In this document: positions 42,097 to 52,900 of the stretch, one piece after another
Numbering within the stretch: position 1 is the stretch's first letter
How the letters are laid out: each line of letters starts with the position of its first letter
Source: an uncultured Planctomycetota bacterium
GTDB lineage: Bacteria; Planctomycetota; Planctomycetia; Isosphaerales; Isosphaeraceae
Assembly: GCA_963845755.1 (NCBI GenBank)
Contig: CAWJTV010000011.1
Location: 896,001-960,000 of the forward strand
Direction: 5' to 3'
Length of the DNA stretch: 64,000 nucleotides
Notes under the pieces: model-generated
Database searches by the model: none
Told to the model about the DNA's origin: nothing
What the model saw: the letters and a program-made list of their open reading frames with translations, nothing else
Position numbers and translations under genes: made by a program

Positions 42097-44121
42097 ATGC
42101 CAGTTTCAAGGACGATTGGGGCGTCGTGCGGACCGGTGTCGATCGCGCGCGTCCTGGTCGTTGTACTGATCGCTGCCGGGGCGGTGGGCGCCCGGGGTGA
42201 CGAGCCGGCGGGCAAGGATTGGGACGGAAAGCTCGTCGTGTCGCGCTCCGATACTCTGACGCTGCGCAACGACCACGGCGCCATGATCGGCACCGGCGAG
42301 AAGGGCCTGTTCTACCGCGTGGAGCGGGTCGAGGGCGGCCGGCTCCGACTCAAGGCCGAGGGGAAGGACCTCAGCGGCTGGGTCGCGGCCAAGGAGATTG
42401 CCGTTCTCCAGCCGCGGGCCCCCACTCCGCCGGCAGGCGCTGCCGGCTTCGCCGGGAGGAGACTCCGGCCCGCCGATATGCCCGAATTGAAAGGCGTGAT
42501 GACCGTGCGCCAGATCTCTGTCGGCTCCCGGTTGCTCGACGCGCGAGAGTACGACAAGGCGATCGCCGAATTCACCGAGGCGATTCTCTGGGATCCTCGG
42601 AACGTCGTGGCGTACACCAATCGCGCCTTCGCCTGGATCCAGAAGAACGAGCTGGATAAAGCACTCGACGATCTGAATGAGGCCATCCGCCTCGATCCCC
42701 AGGATGAGGTCTCGTACAAGAATCGCGCCGGCATCTGGTGGACGAAGAAGGATTATGACAAGGCCATCGCCGATGACTCTCAGGCGATTCGATGCAATCC
42801 GCGGGATGCCGCCACGTACGTCTATCGAGGAAGTGCCTGGGGGAACAAAGGGCAGGCCGACCAGGCCATCGCCGATTACACCGAGGCGATTCGGATCGAT
42901 CCGCATCTCGCCGTGGCCTACTCCGGTCGCGGTGCCGGATGGCTAGCGAAGCGGCAGTTGGACAAGGCCCTGACCGATCTGGATGAGGCGATCCGGCTCG
43001 ATCCCCGGGACACGTTCGCCTTGATCAACCGCGGCGAGGTCCGGCGGAGGAAGAGCCAATTCGACCAGGCCCTCGCCGATTGCTCGGAGGCGATTCGGAT
43101 CGATCCGCATCTCGCCGGGGCCTACCTGAATCGCGCGAGTATCTGGTCGGACAAGAAGGAGTACGAGAAGGCCATCGCCGACCTCACCGAGACCATTCGA
43201 CTCGATCCACGAACGGCCAAGGCGTATGCCGACCGCGGCCGGAACCGGAGCAAGCGCGCCGAGTATGACAAGGCGATCGCCGACTATAGCGAGGCCATTC
43301 ACCTCAATCCTCGCGATGCGGGCCTGTTCAACAGCCGTGCTATGGCGCGATATTTCCGGAAGGAATACGATCCGGCGATCTCCGACTACACGGAGGCCAT
43401 CCGGCTCAGTCCTCGTTACACTCGAGCCTACTACAACCGCGGCCTTACCCACTATAACAAGAGCGATTATGACAAGGCCATCGCGGATTACACGGAGGTC
43501 ATTCGGCTCGATCCTCGATACACTCGAGCCTACCACAGCCGCGGCCTGACCCACTATGACAAGGGCGATTATGACAAGGCGATCGCGGATTACACAGAGG
43601 TCATTCGGCTCGATCCTGGAGATCCCGGTGCCTACTACAATCGCGGCATCAGTTGGCACGACAGGGGCGACTATAACAAGGCCATCGCGGATTACAGTAG
43701 AGCGATCTCACTCAGTCCCAAGGACTACTATTATGCGGATCGTGCCTGGGCGAGACGCGAGAAGAAGGAGTATGCCACAGCCCTCGCCGACTACACAGAA
43801 GCCCTCCGCCTCAATCCCCGTAGTGCTTCCGCCCTTAACGGCCGCGCCTGGATCTGGGCGACCTGCCCCGATGCGAAAAACCGCGATGGCCAGAAGGCCG
43901 TCGAGTCGGCGACCCACGCGTGCGAGCTGGACGATTGGAAAGATGCGAGTCATCTCGACACGCTCGCCTCGGCCTATGCCGAGCGAGCCGACTTTGATGC
44001 GGCCGTGAAGTGGCAGACCAAGGCCAATACGCTATTCACCGAGGGCAAGGAAAAGGCCGAGGGCGAAGCGCGGCTAAGGCTCTACCAGCAGAAGAAGCCT
44101 TATCGCGAGACGGCGCCGTGA
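42097..44121 (+). CDS. Secreted TPR protein 6
   Basis: AAGGAGGATCG RBS, signal peptide, DWDGKLVV..FYRVERVEGGRL..SGWV domain, TPRs, cap. Confidence 0.92.
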   Translation: MPVSRTIGASCGPVSIARVLVVVLIAAGAVGARGDEPAGKDWDGKLVVSRSDTLTLRNDHGAMIGTGEKGLFYRVERVEGGRLRLKAEGKDLSGWVAAKEIAVLQPRAPTPPAGAAGFAGRRLRPADMPELKGVMTVRQISVGSRLLDAREYDKAIAEFTEAILWDPRNVVAYTNRAFAWIQKNELDKALDDLNEAIRLDPQDEVSYKNRAGIWWTKKDYDKAIADDSQAIRCNPRDAATYVYRGSAWGNKGQADQAIADYTEAIRIDPHLAVAYSGRGAGWLAKRQLDKALTDLDEAIRLDPRDTFALINRGEVRRRKSQFDQALADCSEAIRIDPHLAGAYLNRASIWSDKKEYEKAIADLTETIRLDPRTAKAYADRGRNRSKRAEYDKAIADYSEAIHLNPRDAGLFNSRAMARYFRKEYDPAISDYTEAIRLSPRYTRAYYNRGLTHYNKSDYDKAIADYTEVIRLDPRYTRAYHSRGLTHYDKGDYDKAIADYTEVIRLDPGDPGAYYNRGISWHDRGDYNKAIADYSRAISLSPKDYYYADRAWARREKKEYATALADYTEALRLNPRSASALNGRAWIWATCPDAKNRDGQKAVESATHACELDDWKDASHLDTLASAYAERADFDAAVKWQTKANTLFTEGKEKAEGEARLRLYQQKKPYRETAP

Positions 44122-44151
44122 TACGGCCGGGACGCCAGGGAGGAGCGGGCC

Positions 44152-46003
44152 ATGCGTAGTTCGAGGGGGATCGGGGCGCCACAGGCCAGATCGCTGTGGC
44201 TCGGGGTGAGTCTCGCTGTCGGACTCTGGATGGCCGGGACGGCGGGCGCCCAGAGCAACCGGTCGGCCAATGCGGTCCCCGCGGCCGGGCCCATTGCCGA
44301 CCCCGCCGTTCAGCAGGCCGACATTCCTGTACAGCATGGCATCGGCCTGGCCATCGCGACGGCTTTCGGTCGGATGGAGGCCAAGGCCTCTTTCCGCCAT
44401 GGCCTGGAAGCGGCGGAGCGTCGCGATTTCGACCGGGCGATCTCCGAGTTCACCGAAGCCCTCCGGCATGATCCCCTGTCGGCCCAGACCTACTTCGAAA
44501 CGCGCGTCGGTCTGGATACAACAGAAGGAATACGGCCAGGCGATCACCGACCTCAGCGAATCGATCCGCCTGAGTCCCCACTATGCGGTCACATACGCCA
44601 ATCGTGGCGGCATCTGGATGATCCAAGGTCAGTACGACAAAGCCATCGCCGACTTCAATGAAGCCATTCGCCTCGATCCTCGAGATGCCGGCTTTTATGC
44701 CATGCGAGGGTACACCTGGTTCCAGAAGCGGGTGTTTGATCGAGCGATCGCCGACTACAACGAGGCCATCCGGCGGCAGCCGCGAATGCACGGAGCCTAC
44801 ACGCTGCGCGGCATGCTCTGGATGGAGACGCACGATGCGGATAAGGCCCTCAGCGACCTGACCGAGGCGATTCGGCTCAATCCTCGGAATGCAACGGCTC
44901 TGGTAAACCGCGCCGAGGTCTGGGGCGGCAAAGAACAATTCGACCAGGCCATCGCCGATTGCAACGAGGCCATCCGAATCGATCGTTCAACTCTCGATGG
45001 CATACGCCATTCGTGGCCGTGCCTGGGGGGAAAAGAAGGAATACGAGACCGCGCTGAATGATCTGAACGAGGCGATCCGCCTCGATCCCCGAAATGCCGC
45101 CGCCTTCCTGACGCGCGGTGCGATCCGGGGCCGGAGGGGTCAAGAGGATCAGTCGCTTGCCGATTGCAACGAGGCCATACGACTGGATTCGCATCTCTCG
45201 ATGGCCTACACCGTTCGCGGCACGACTCTGGTGGCGAAAGACGAGCTGGACAAGGCCCTGAGCGACCTGAACGAAGCGATTCAGCGCAATCCGCGTGACG
45301 CCTGGGCCTATTCCAATCGCGGCGCACTCTGGCTGAAGAAGCAGGATTACCCCAGGAGCTTCGCCGACCTGAATGAAGCGATCCGACTCGATCCGCGAAA
45401 CGCCATGTCGTATAACAACCGCGGGTGGGCTTGGGCCGGTTTGAAGGCGTACGACAAGGCGCTCGTTCGACCTGGATGAAGCGATCCGCCGTGATCCCCA
45501 ACTGGCCCTGGCTCACGCCAATCGCGGCGCCGTCTGGTACGAGAAGAAGGAGACGCAACGAGCCTTTGCCGACCTGAACGAGGCGATCCGCCTCGATCCC
45601 CGAAATGTCCGGTTATATTGCGCGGTCGAGGATCTGGAAGGCCGAGGGTCAGTTCGACCGAGCGATGGCCGACCTCGACCGAGCCATCCAGATCGATCCC
45701 CAGGACACGACCGCGCTAAACCGGCTCGCCTGGTTCTGGGCGACCTGTCTCGACCCGAAATACCGTGACGGCAAGAACGCGGTCAAATTGGCGACACGGG
45801 CCTGCGAGCTTGACGGGTGGAAAACCCCGTACCCGATCGGCACCCTCGCCGCCGCCGATGCCGAGGCTGGCGACTTCGATTCGGCGGTGAAGTGGCAGAC
45901 CAAGGCCAATGCACTCTACTCCGGCGTCAAGGACAAGGCTGACGGCGAGGCGCGGCTCGAGCTCTACCGAGAGAAGAAGCCGTATCGCGAGACGACACCG
46001 TGA
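44152..46003 (+). CDS. Secreted TPR protein 7, several frameshifts (near 44500, 44990, 45465, 45605)
   Basis: Signal peptide, TPRs in successive frames, C-terminal AWFWATC..YRDG..AGDF..KKPYRETTP*. Confidence 0.82.
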
Positions 46004-46070
46004 GGACACAATCGACAGGCTCTTGGCGCGGCTCGCTCGAATGCCTCACACTTGGGATGCGCACGGGCGA

Positions 46071-46137
46071 GTAGGGTGCTCTGCGAGCACCGGGCTTGCA
46101 GGGAACAACTCGGATCGGTGCTCGCAGAGCACCCTAC
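46071..46137. repeat. GTAG-type REP doublet
   Basis: Perfect 21-bp inverted repeat GTAGGGTGCTCTGCGAGCACC / GGTGCTCGCAGAGCACCCTAC. Confidence 0.85.
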
Positions 46138-46160
46138 AAAGACCTTCCTCCACAGGCCCA

Positions 46161-46505
46161 TCACCGGCGCGGCTGGTCCGCCTCGGCCTCCTTCAGCAGC
46201 GATTCGATGGCATTTTCGAACACTGGCGTGTCGAACGGGTGGAGATCCGCCTTGGAGCGGATCACGCCGCGGTGGTCGATGAGGAAGAACGTGGGATGGC
46301 CGCGGACATTCCAGCTCGTGGCGATCGGGCCGGGGTTGTCGAGCTTGCCGCTGTCGCCGTCCCATCAGCATCGCCAGGTGATCTCGCCGCGTGCGATCGC
46401 CTGCTCGAGCGCGTCGCGGCGATCAGGGTTGTTGATCCCCAGGATGACGAACGGCCGGCTCCTCAGACGTTCGAGGGTCGCTCGCAGTCGCGGGTAGAGC
46501 TCTCT
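46161..46505 (-). pseudogene. C-terminal half of a TlpA/redoxin protein with an internal stop
   Basis: PFVILGIN..ITWRC*WDG..GPIATSWNVRGHPTFFLIDHRGVIR; CxxC part missing. Confidence 0.7.
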
Positions 46506-46590
46506 CGCGTCGGCTGATCTGTTCGCGCGTCTTGGGTTGTCGTAAGCTGAAATCGAGTATTGCCTCCGTGTCTTCTGGAGTTGCTTCGTC

Positions 46591-47367
46591 ATGACGAGCC
46601 CATTTCCCGGCGTCGATCCCTATCTCGAAGCCCAGGGCTATTGGCCGGACTTCCACGCGAGATTCATCACCTACTGGGCGGAAGCCCTGAACGACGTTCT
46701 GCCGGACCATTACGAGGCGAGGATCGACGAGCGGCTGAGCCTGGTCGAGTTGCCGGCTGAGATGGTCAAGCGGATCGAGCCCGATCTGGTCATCAGCGGG
46801 CGCGGTCCATCTCCTCGCGTCCTGACGGCTCCAGCCGTCGTCGAGATCATCGAGCCCGTCACCGTTCCTCTGTTCATCGAGGAGGAGGGCCGAGAAACCT
46901 TTATCGAAATCCGGCATCGCCCGGAACGCACACTCGTGGCGGTCCTGGAACTGCTCTCACCTGCCAACAAGGAAGAACCGGGTCGCCGGTCGTACTTGAA
47001 CAAGCGCCATGCTCTGTTGCGCGAGAGAGTCCACCTGGTCGAGCTGGACCTATTACTCGGCGGACGCCGGCTTCCCCTCAGTGCGGATTACCCGCCTGGG
47101 AATTATTTCGCCCTGATCTCGCATGCGGCCCACCGGCCGAATTGCAGCGTGTATGCCTGGACGATCGCGCAGCGGCTGCCGAACATCCCGATCCCGCTTC
47201 AAGAACCTGACCCGGACGTCCGGATCGACCTGGCCGCGGTATTCGCCCAGACATTCCAGCGCGGGCGCTATGGACGTTCGATTGACTACACCGCAATACC
47301 GTCCCTGTCGCTTTCCCCGGCCGAGGGGGAGTGGGTCCGACAGTTGGCGTCCACGGCGAGAGGTTGA
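46591..47367 (+). CDS. DUF4058 family protein
   Basis: SPFPGVDPYLE, EPD, ELLSPANK, HLVELDLL, IPIPL..PDPD. Confidence 0.88.
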   Translation: MTSPFPGVDPYLEAQGYWPDFHARFITYWAEALNDVLPDHYEARIDERLSLVELPAEMVKRIEPDLVISGRGPSPRVLTAPAVVEIIEPVTVPLFIEEEGRETFIEIRHRPERTLVAVLELLSPANKEEPGRRSYLNKRHALLRERVHLVELDLLLGGRRLPLSADYPPGNYFALISHAAHRPNCSVYAWTIAQRLPNIPIPLQEPDPDVRIDLAAVFAQTFQRGRYGRSIDYTAIPSLSLSPAEGEWVRQLASTARG

Positions 47368-47437
47368 AGATCACGGATCCGGATCGGCTGGCGCCGGAGG
47401 CTCGAACGCGGCGAGTACTACGAGGAGGACGAGGATC

Positions 47438-49762
47438 GTGAGACGCTACCGTTCGCGGATCTTGATCGCGTTCGTCGTGCTGGTCGCGGCCCTGATCTTC
47501 ATCCCCCTGTTCGTCCCATGGACGCCGATCAACTGCGGATATGATGAAGTGGATATCCGCACGGGCAGGACCCGATCCTCCTGGTATCTCGCAGGCTGCA
47601 AGGTCTACCAAAGGGTGAATGCGTCCGCGCTCTCGCGCGCCCTGCCGCGTGAGATGGTCAACGGCGCGAAGCCCGAATGGAAGACGGTCAATACGATCTC
47701 CCCGGGACTCGGCTATTCCCCGCACCACCGATTCCACGGTGCGCTTCACCAGATCCGCACCCTCGAGCGTCTCTGGCAGGACGCGAAGGTCGATGAATCG
47801 GGCAGACGACAGATGGCCTCTCATGTCCTGGCGCTCTGGCAGTTCTATGGGGGGTATTACGAGCCCGGCCATTACATCGACGGCCTGCGGGGCCTGTCCG
47901 ACGCCAGGGAGCGTGGGCCGCTCCTCCGGACCATCGGGACATTAAACATGCCCGAGGAGCATGCCGAAGGCGATCACCTCGTCCTCACCGTCTTCTACCC
48001 CGATGGGAAACCACTGGAACGGGTGCGAGGTTATCGCGAGGCAAGCGGTCAGTTCGTGAAACACGGCACCCGTGAGACCTGGCATCCGGACGGAAAACGA
48101 GAACATTATCAGCATTTCGATCGGGGGATGCCCCAGGGTTGGGGGTTCGATTGGGATTGGGACGGCAATTTAACGTGCATTCATAAACATAATCGTATAG
48201 ATATTGTAGAATATAAATATCAGAATCTCGAATCGCATCCCGCCTACGCGGAAGCCCGACGTCTCATCGCGACAGGGCCCGATGATCGCATGGATGGCCC
48301 CGAGGCTCCGGAAAAGGTGATACCGGACGAGCGAAGTTTCCCCGGCCAGCCGCCCCGCCGTGCCCCGGCATCGCCCCGGCCGGCCGATGGCGGCGAAGCC
48401 GACAAATCCATCATCGACGACGCAGTTCAGGTTCCTCTTGACGATCTTGATGCCGGTCGGGACGACGGGGCGGTGAAGGTGCAGCCGCCGGCGCTCGCTG
48501 TGCACGGCCTGGTGATCGACGCGGCGACGAAGCGGGGGATTGCTCGGTTCCGGGTCATCCCCGGCGTGCAGCAGAGTTCCGAGGTGACCGAAGTGAACTG
48601 GCAGTCGCATTCGATCACGACCCATCGTGGCGGGCGGTTCGACCTGCCGCCGGACGCTCGGGCCTGGCCTAACATGCGATACCGGGTCGAGGCCGAGGGG
48701 TACCGGCCGAGCGTCTCCCGGATCGTGAAGAGCTCGGAAGGGGAGGTCAAGCTCACGTTCGTCATGCAGGCCGACGCGGGAATCTCGGCCGTCGTCCGGG
48801 CGCCCGACGGCGCCCCGGCGGCCGGGTCGCAGGCCACCTGGATGACATACTCTCGCGAGGCGACCGGCCACGGGGCGACGATCACCGTCTCGATAGACGA
48901 ACGCCGCGGAGCCACGGTCGTCACCGCCGACGCCGCGGGCCGATTCCGGCTGCCGCCTGAGTGCGACCCGGGCACGATCGTCATCGCGCACGATCGCGGG
49001 TATGCCGAGATCCGGCCGGCTGACCTCATCTCCTCGGGCGTCGTCACGCTCCGCAGGTGGGGCCGCGTCGAAGGCCGGGTGTTCGCGGGCACGAAACCCG
49101 TCGCCGGTCAGACGATCTGGGTGCAACGGTGCGGGCACCCGAGCGGCGATTCGCCGAGGGCCTTCTGGATGAATGAGGTGATCACCGACGCTGACGGCCG
49201 GTTCGTCTGCGATCGGGTCGTTGCGGGCGAGCTGTTTGTCGATCGCGTGTTTCCGACGAGCAACGGCCAGGGCGCCGTGGATGGCCTGACGACGACCATC
49301 GAGGTCCGCGAGGGACAGGTCACGCGCTTCATCCTCGGCGGCCCGGGTCGCACTCTGGTCGGCCGCTTCGAGGCTCCGAAGGACCTCGGCTTGCCGATTG
49401 ACTGGTCGAAGGTCCGCGTCGATCTCGGCCTGAAGGCCCCGCACATCGGATTCCCCGGCGATGAGACGGTGTGGAAAAACTACAGGACGTTCTTGAACAC
49501 GGAAGAGGGCAGGACCTACAACCGCTACAATCTGCCGGTCGGCCGCGACGGCTCGTTCCGGATCGAATCGGTGCCGCCGGGCGACTACCAATTGATGATC
49601 ACGATCGACGGACCGGCCGTCGGCAAGCCGGCCGAGACCCGGATCGAATACGCAGCCGGAGGTGCCGAGATCGAGGTCAATCCGGTGGTCAACGGTCGCG
49701 GCGAGGAACCACAGTCTTTCGGTACGATCGCGCTTCAGAAGCTGGAGCGGCTCACGAACTGA
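47438..49762 (+). CDS. Membrane-anchored protein with MORN/YwqK-like repeats and carboxypeptidase-regulatory-like domains
   Basis: N-terminal TM; FYPDGK, KHGTRETWHPDGK; ADAAGRFRL, TDADGRF, DGSFRIESVPPGDY. Confidence 0.7.
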   Translation: MRRYRSRILIAFVVLVAALIFIPLFVPWTPINCGYDEVDIRTGRTRSSWYLAGCKVYQRVNASALSRALPREMVNGAKPEWKTVNTISPGLGYSPHHRFHGALHQIRTLERLWQDAKVDESGRRQMASHVLALWQFYGGYYEPGHYIDGLRGLSDARERGPLLRTIGTLNMPEEHAEGDHLVLTVFYPDGKPLERVRGYREASGQFVKHGTRETWHPDGKREHYQHFDRGMPQGWGFDWDWDGNLTCIHKHNRIDIVEYKYQNLESHPAYAEARRLIATGPDDRMDGPEAPEKVIPDERSFPGQPPRRAPASPRPADGGEADKSIIDDAVQVPLDDLDAGRDDGAVKVQPPALAVHGLVIDAATKRGIARFRVIPGVQQSSEVTEVNWQSHSITTHRGGRFDLPPDARAWPNMRYRVEAEGYRPSVSRIVKSSEGEVKLTFVMQADAGISAVVRAPDGAPAAGSQATWMTYSREATGHGATITVSIDERRGATVVTADAAGRFRLPPECDPGTIVIAHDRGYAEIRPADLISSGVVTLRRWGRVEGRVFAGTKPVAGQTIWVQRCGHPSGDSPRAFWMNEVITDADGRFVCDRVVAGELFVDRVFPTSNGQGAVDGLTTTIEVREGQVTRFILGGPGRTLVGRFEAPKDLGLPIDWSKVRVDLGLKAPHIGFPGDETVWKNYRTFLNTEEGRTYNRYNLPVGRDGSFRIESVPPGDYQLMITIDGPAVGKPAETRIEYAAGGAEIEVNPVVNGRGEEPQSFGTIALQKLERLTN

Positions 49763-49978
49763 TTGCGTGCAGAATACGAGAATTGTGAATATTGAAATAT
49801 ATTATGTATAATATTAACGATGGTGAATCGAGGGTCGGGTTGGCACACCTGTTCCTCCACCTGTTCTCAGGTGCACGACCCTGGGTCGTTTCACGCTCGG
49901 GTTGCGCACGCGCCACGCGGACGCCGCGGTGTGCGCAGCTCATCCCTTCCGGATCATCCAGGCCCATGGAGGTGTACG

Positions 49979-52900
49979 ATGGCCCCACTCTTGCCCGTGC
50001 TGTGGCTGGCGATGGGGATGACGGTCCCGCTCAACGGGACGGTCGTGGATTCCGCCGGCCGGCCGGTGGCGGGAGCGACGGTGTGGCTCGGCGATACGAT
50101 CGCGACCCGCCCAGGGCCCGAGGTGCTGGCGACCGCCCGGACCGACGATCGGGGCCGGTTCCGGCTCGAACGGGCCGACGATCTGGCGGGCCGGGGTGTG
50201 ATGTGGTCGCCGACGCTGTGGGCGTATCACCCGGGTTCGCGCGTCGCCTTCCGCGAATTCAAGGGGAACGTGCCCGGGGCTGATGAGCCCGTGCGCCTGG
50301 TGCTCGGCCCGCCCGCCTCGACCGCGCTCCGGGTCCTCCAGGCCGACGGCAAGCCCGCCCAGGGGGCGCGCGTCCGGCTGGTCCAGGCGAACTTCAAGGC
50401 CCCACGCCCGCCGGACGGGATGCTCGACCGCCTCGCCGCGACGACCAACGCGGATGGCCGCGCCACGCTCGACGGCTTCGCGCCGGCGGACATCTTCTCG
50501 CTCGACGTGACGGCCCCGGGGCAGCTCGTGCAGTGCCTGCCGATCGACGCCGAGAGCGGGACGGTCGCGCTCCGCCCGCTCGGCCGGCTCACGGCCCGGA
50601 TCGTCGCCGACAACCCGAAGGTCCTGAAGGGCTGGACGATCACCGCCTGGTCGCGACCGACCGAGCCGGGCTACCGCGGTCCGTATCGAACCCACTGGGT
50701 TCGCGAGACGACCGGCGATGACGGACGGGTCGCGTTCCCGCCCATCGCCCAGGGTGCGGTCGACTGGGAGTTCAAGGCTCCCGAGGGGTCGAACTATCTC
50801 GTGGCGAAGTTGCCGTCAGCGCGGATCCGGCCGGGCGAGACGGAAGCGGCGGAGATCCCGGTCATCCGCGCCGTTCGGGTCGAGGGGACCGTTGTCGAGG
50901 AACCGGGCGGGGCGCCGATCCCGGGCGTCACGGTCGATCTGGACTCGCTGACGCACTTCAACGGACGCGCCAATCGCATGGTCACCGATGCCCAGGGGCG
51001 GTTTTCGACCCTTGTCCAGCCGAGTAAGGTCCGATTCAGTTTCACGTTCCACAACATGCCCAAGACGTATTTCTTGCCCCCGCAGACGCCTCACTGGGCG
51101 GATTTCGATATCCCGCAGGGGGCCGAGCGACAGACCTTCAACCCACCCCGGCTCCGCCGGGCGGCGCAGGTCCGGGGCAGGGTGGTCGACGAGTCGGGAA
51201 AACCGGCCGTAGCGATCAGCGTCGAAGGCCACTGGACCTCGGCCGAGTTCGGAAGGAACCCGAACTCGATCCGGGCCGAGACCGACGGGCGGGGCGAGTT
51301 TGTCCTGGGCAACATCGCGCCGAAGGCCGAGGTCAAGCTCTCGGCGTCGAGCGGATTGGTCGCCGAGTCGGAGCTGGTCACCGTCCCCACGGCCGGCGAG
51401 GGTGAGCCGGTCACGCTCCGGCTCCGGAAGAAGCCGACCCTGGCCCTCTCCGGTCGGGTGCTCGGCGCCGACGGCCGGCCGATGCCCGGCGCCCTGGTCC
51501 GGGTCAAGGTCCGCCCGCCGGATCAGTGGCCGGGCGAGGGGAGCGACTTCGCGTTCGACGGGGCGGAGGAGGTCCGCACGGGGCGCGATGGCCGATACCA
51601 GACGCCCGCGCAGCTCCCCATCGGATATGAGTATCGCGTGGCGGCGCAGGCGCCTGGACATGAGCCGGGGACATCGAGCTGGGTCGTCGCCCCGGGCACG
51701 GTGGTCCCCGACCTGAGACTCCGGCGGTCGGTCGGCACGCGCGCGGTGGCCGGTCGGGTGGTCGACTCGGGCGGCAAGCCGGTCGCCGGGGCCGAGGTGT
51801 TCCAGTCGGGCGATGGCCCGACGACGACCCGGGATACGACCGGCGCCGACGGCCGGTTCCGGGTCCCCGGCGTCCCGAATGCGCCGGCGTTCCTGTTCGT
51901 GTCGAAGGAGGGATATCACTTCCTCGGCCGCCGGGTCGAGCCGAAGGACGAGTCGGTCGCGTTCGCTCTCCGACGGCTCGACGAGGCTCCCGCGGCCCCG
52001 CTTCGATCGGCGGCCTCACCGGTCGCTCGAAACGAGGAGCGCGCGATCGCCCGGGCTCTGATCGCCGAGGCCCAGAAGGCTCCCGGAGGCGCTCATGAGA
52101 CGCCGGAGCGCATGCAGATCCCCGAGATCACCGCCCTGATCGACCCCGACCGTGTCCTCGAGATGATCGAGAACCAGGTGCTCGCGGCCGGGCCGCCTCT
52201 GGTCTCGGCCATGGCCCTTGCCCGGTTCGAGGATGACCCTGGGAAGGCCCTCGAGCTCCTCGATGCGATTGATCAGCCGGATACGGCATCGGTCGCCGCC
52301 TTGAGTCTGTTCGATCGCCTGGGGGCGATGGCTTCGCCCGAGTTCCGCCGCGAGCTCCTCGAACGCGCCGCGCGTCGGCCCCCGATTAGCGAGGATCCCG
52401 GCCAGGCCGCGAGTCAGCTCGCCCGGATCGCCGACCGCTGGCTCGACCTCGGCGATGCCGACCGCGGCGCGGCCCTCGTGCGGAAGGCCCAGGCCCTGGC
52501 GGAAAGGCCCCGCCAACAACCCTTTCCCGATCCTCGTGGCGACCTGGCGCTGGCCCTGGCGCGGGTCGACCTCCCCGCGGCGCTGAAGCTCCTGGAAGGC
52601 CCGGAGCCGCGTGGGTATTCGCCCCAGGTGATCCAGACGGGGATCGCCAATCGCCTCGCGACGGTCAACCCGGGCGAGGCTCGCCGGATTATCGGCCTGC
52701 TCTGGGAGCCCGGCAGCGCGTCGGTCCGGCGCGGGGTCTGTCTCCGGATGGCGGCGAAGAATTTGCCCGCGGCGCGGGCCCTGGCGGCCGCGGATCGCGA
52801 CTCGATGGTCGAAGCCCTGCTGCCGGCGGTCGCGGCCCGGGCTCGGGCGAAGTCCGACCCCGACGGCGCCCGGGCGCTGTTGCGCGAGGCGGTCGAACGG

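Noticed and set aside
40280..45700. CRISPR-like periodic repeats (GACAAGGCCATCGCCGA every 102 bp)
   Set aside because: The period equals 34 codons of TPR, the repeats are degenerate at wobble positions, and no cas genes are present.
33243..46003. Diversity-generating retroelement acting on the TPR genes
   Set aside because: No reverse transcriptase or non-coding template repeat is in the window, and differences between repeats are not adenine-specific.
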